From NCBI GenBank assembly GCA_003344405.1, contig NOWV01000286.1:44837-64836 (forward strand): DNA of 20,000 nucleotides. The letters run 5' to 3'. Position numbers and translations under genes: made by a program. Below are positions 19,923 to 20,000 of the stretch, piece after piece (position 1 is the stretch's first letter; each line of letters begins with the position of its first letter). The notes under the pieces are model-generated. The model searched no databases. It saw only the letters and a list, made by a program, of their open reading frames with translations, and was not told where the DNA came from. The DNA comes from Trichoplax sp. H2. Taxonomy: Eukaryota.

Positions 19923-20000
19923 CGTACGTAGCGGGTGCTAACGTATCGCCATTATTAATATCTACTGTATATAGGCTCTACTAATTAATTGCATCAATTA

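Overview
AT-rich, intron-containing eukaryotic DNA, most likely an animal. A non-vertebrate such as a placozoan is a guess from composition and gene style only. The window holds two tandem + strand paralogues encoding single-pass type I membrane proteins. Gene 1 is 5'-truncated by the window edge (exons 560-714, 814-1120, 1822-2106, 2956-3398). Gene 2 is complete with 12 predicted exons (6985-18147, about 910 aa if one frameshift is repaired). Its ectodomain has three repeats of a three-exon module (A: phase 1-1, B: 1-0, C: 0-1). Each module encodes two FN3-like domains with a W-x3-C-x7-C motif resembling the class II cytokine receptor (IFNAR/tissue factor) D200 module. Ser/Thr-rich spacers separate the modules, and the short cytoplasmic tails carry Tyr motifs. 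Some modules show decay: a 1-nt frameshift in exon A2 of gene 2 and probable pseudo-exons in gene 1. Two solo LTRs (TG...CA, each with its own 5-bp target-site duplication) sit in homologous A-B introns of gene 2. Several minisatellites and an intergenic duplication are also present.
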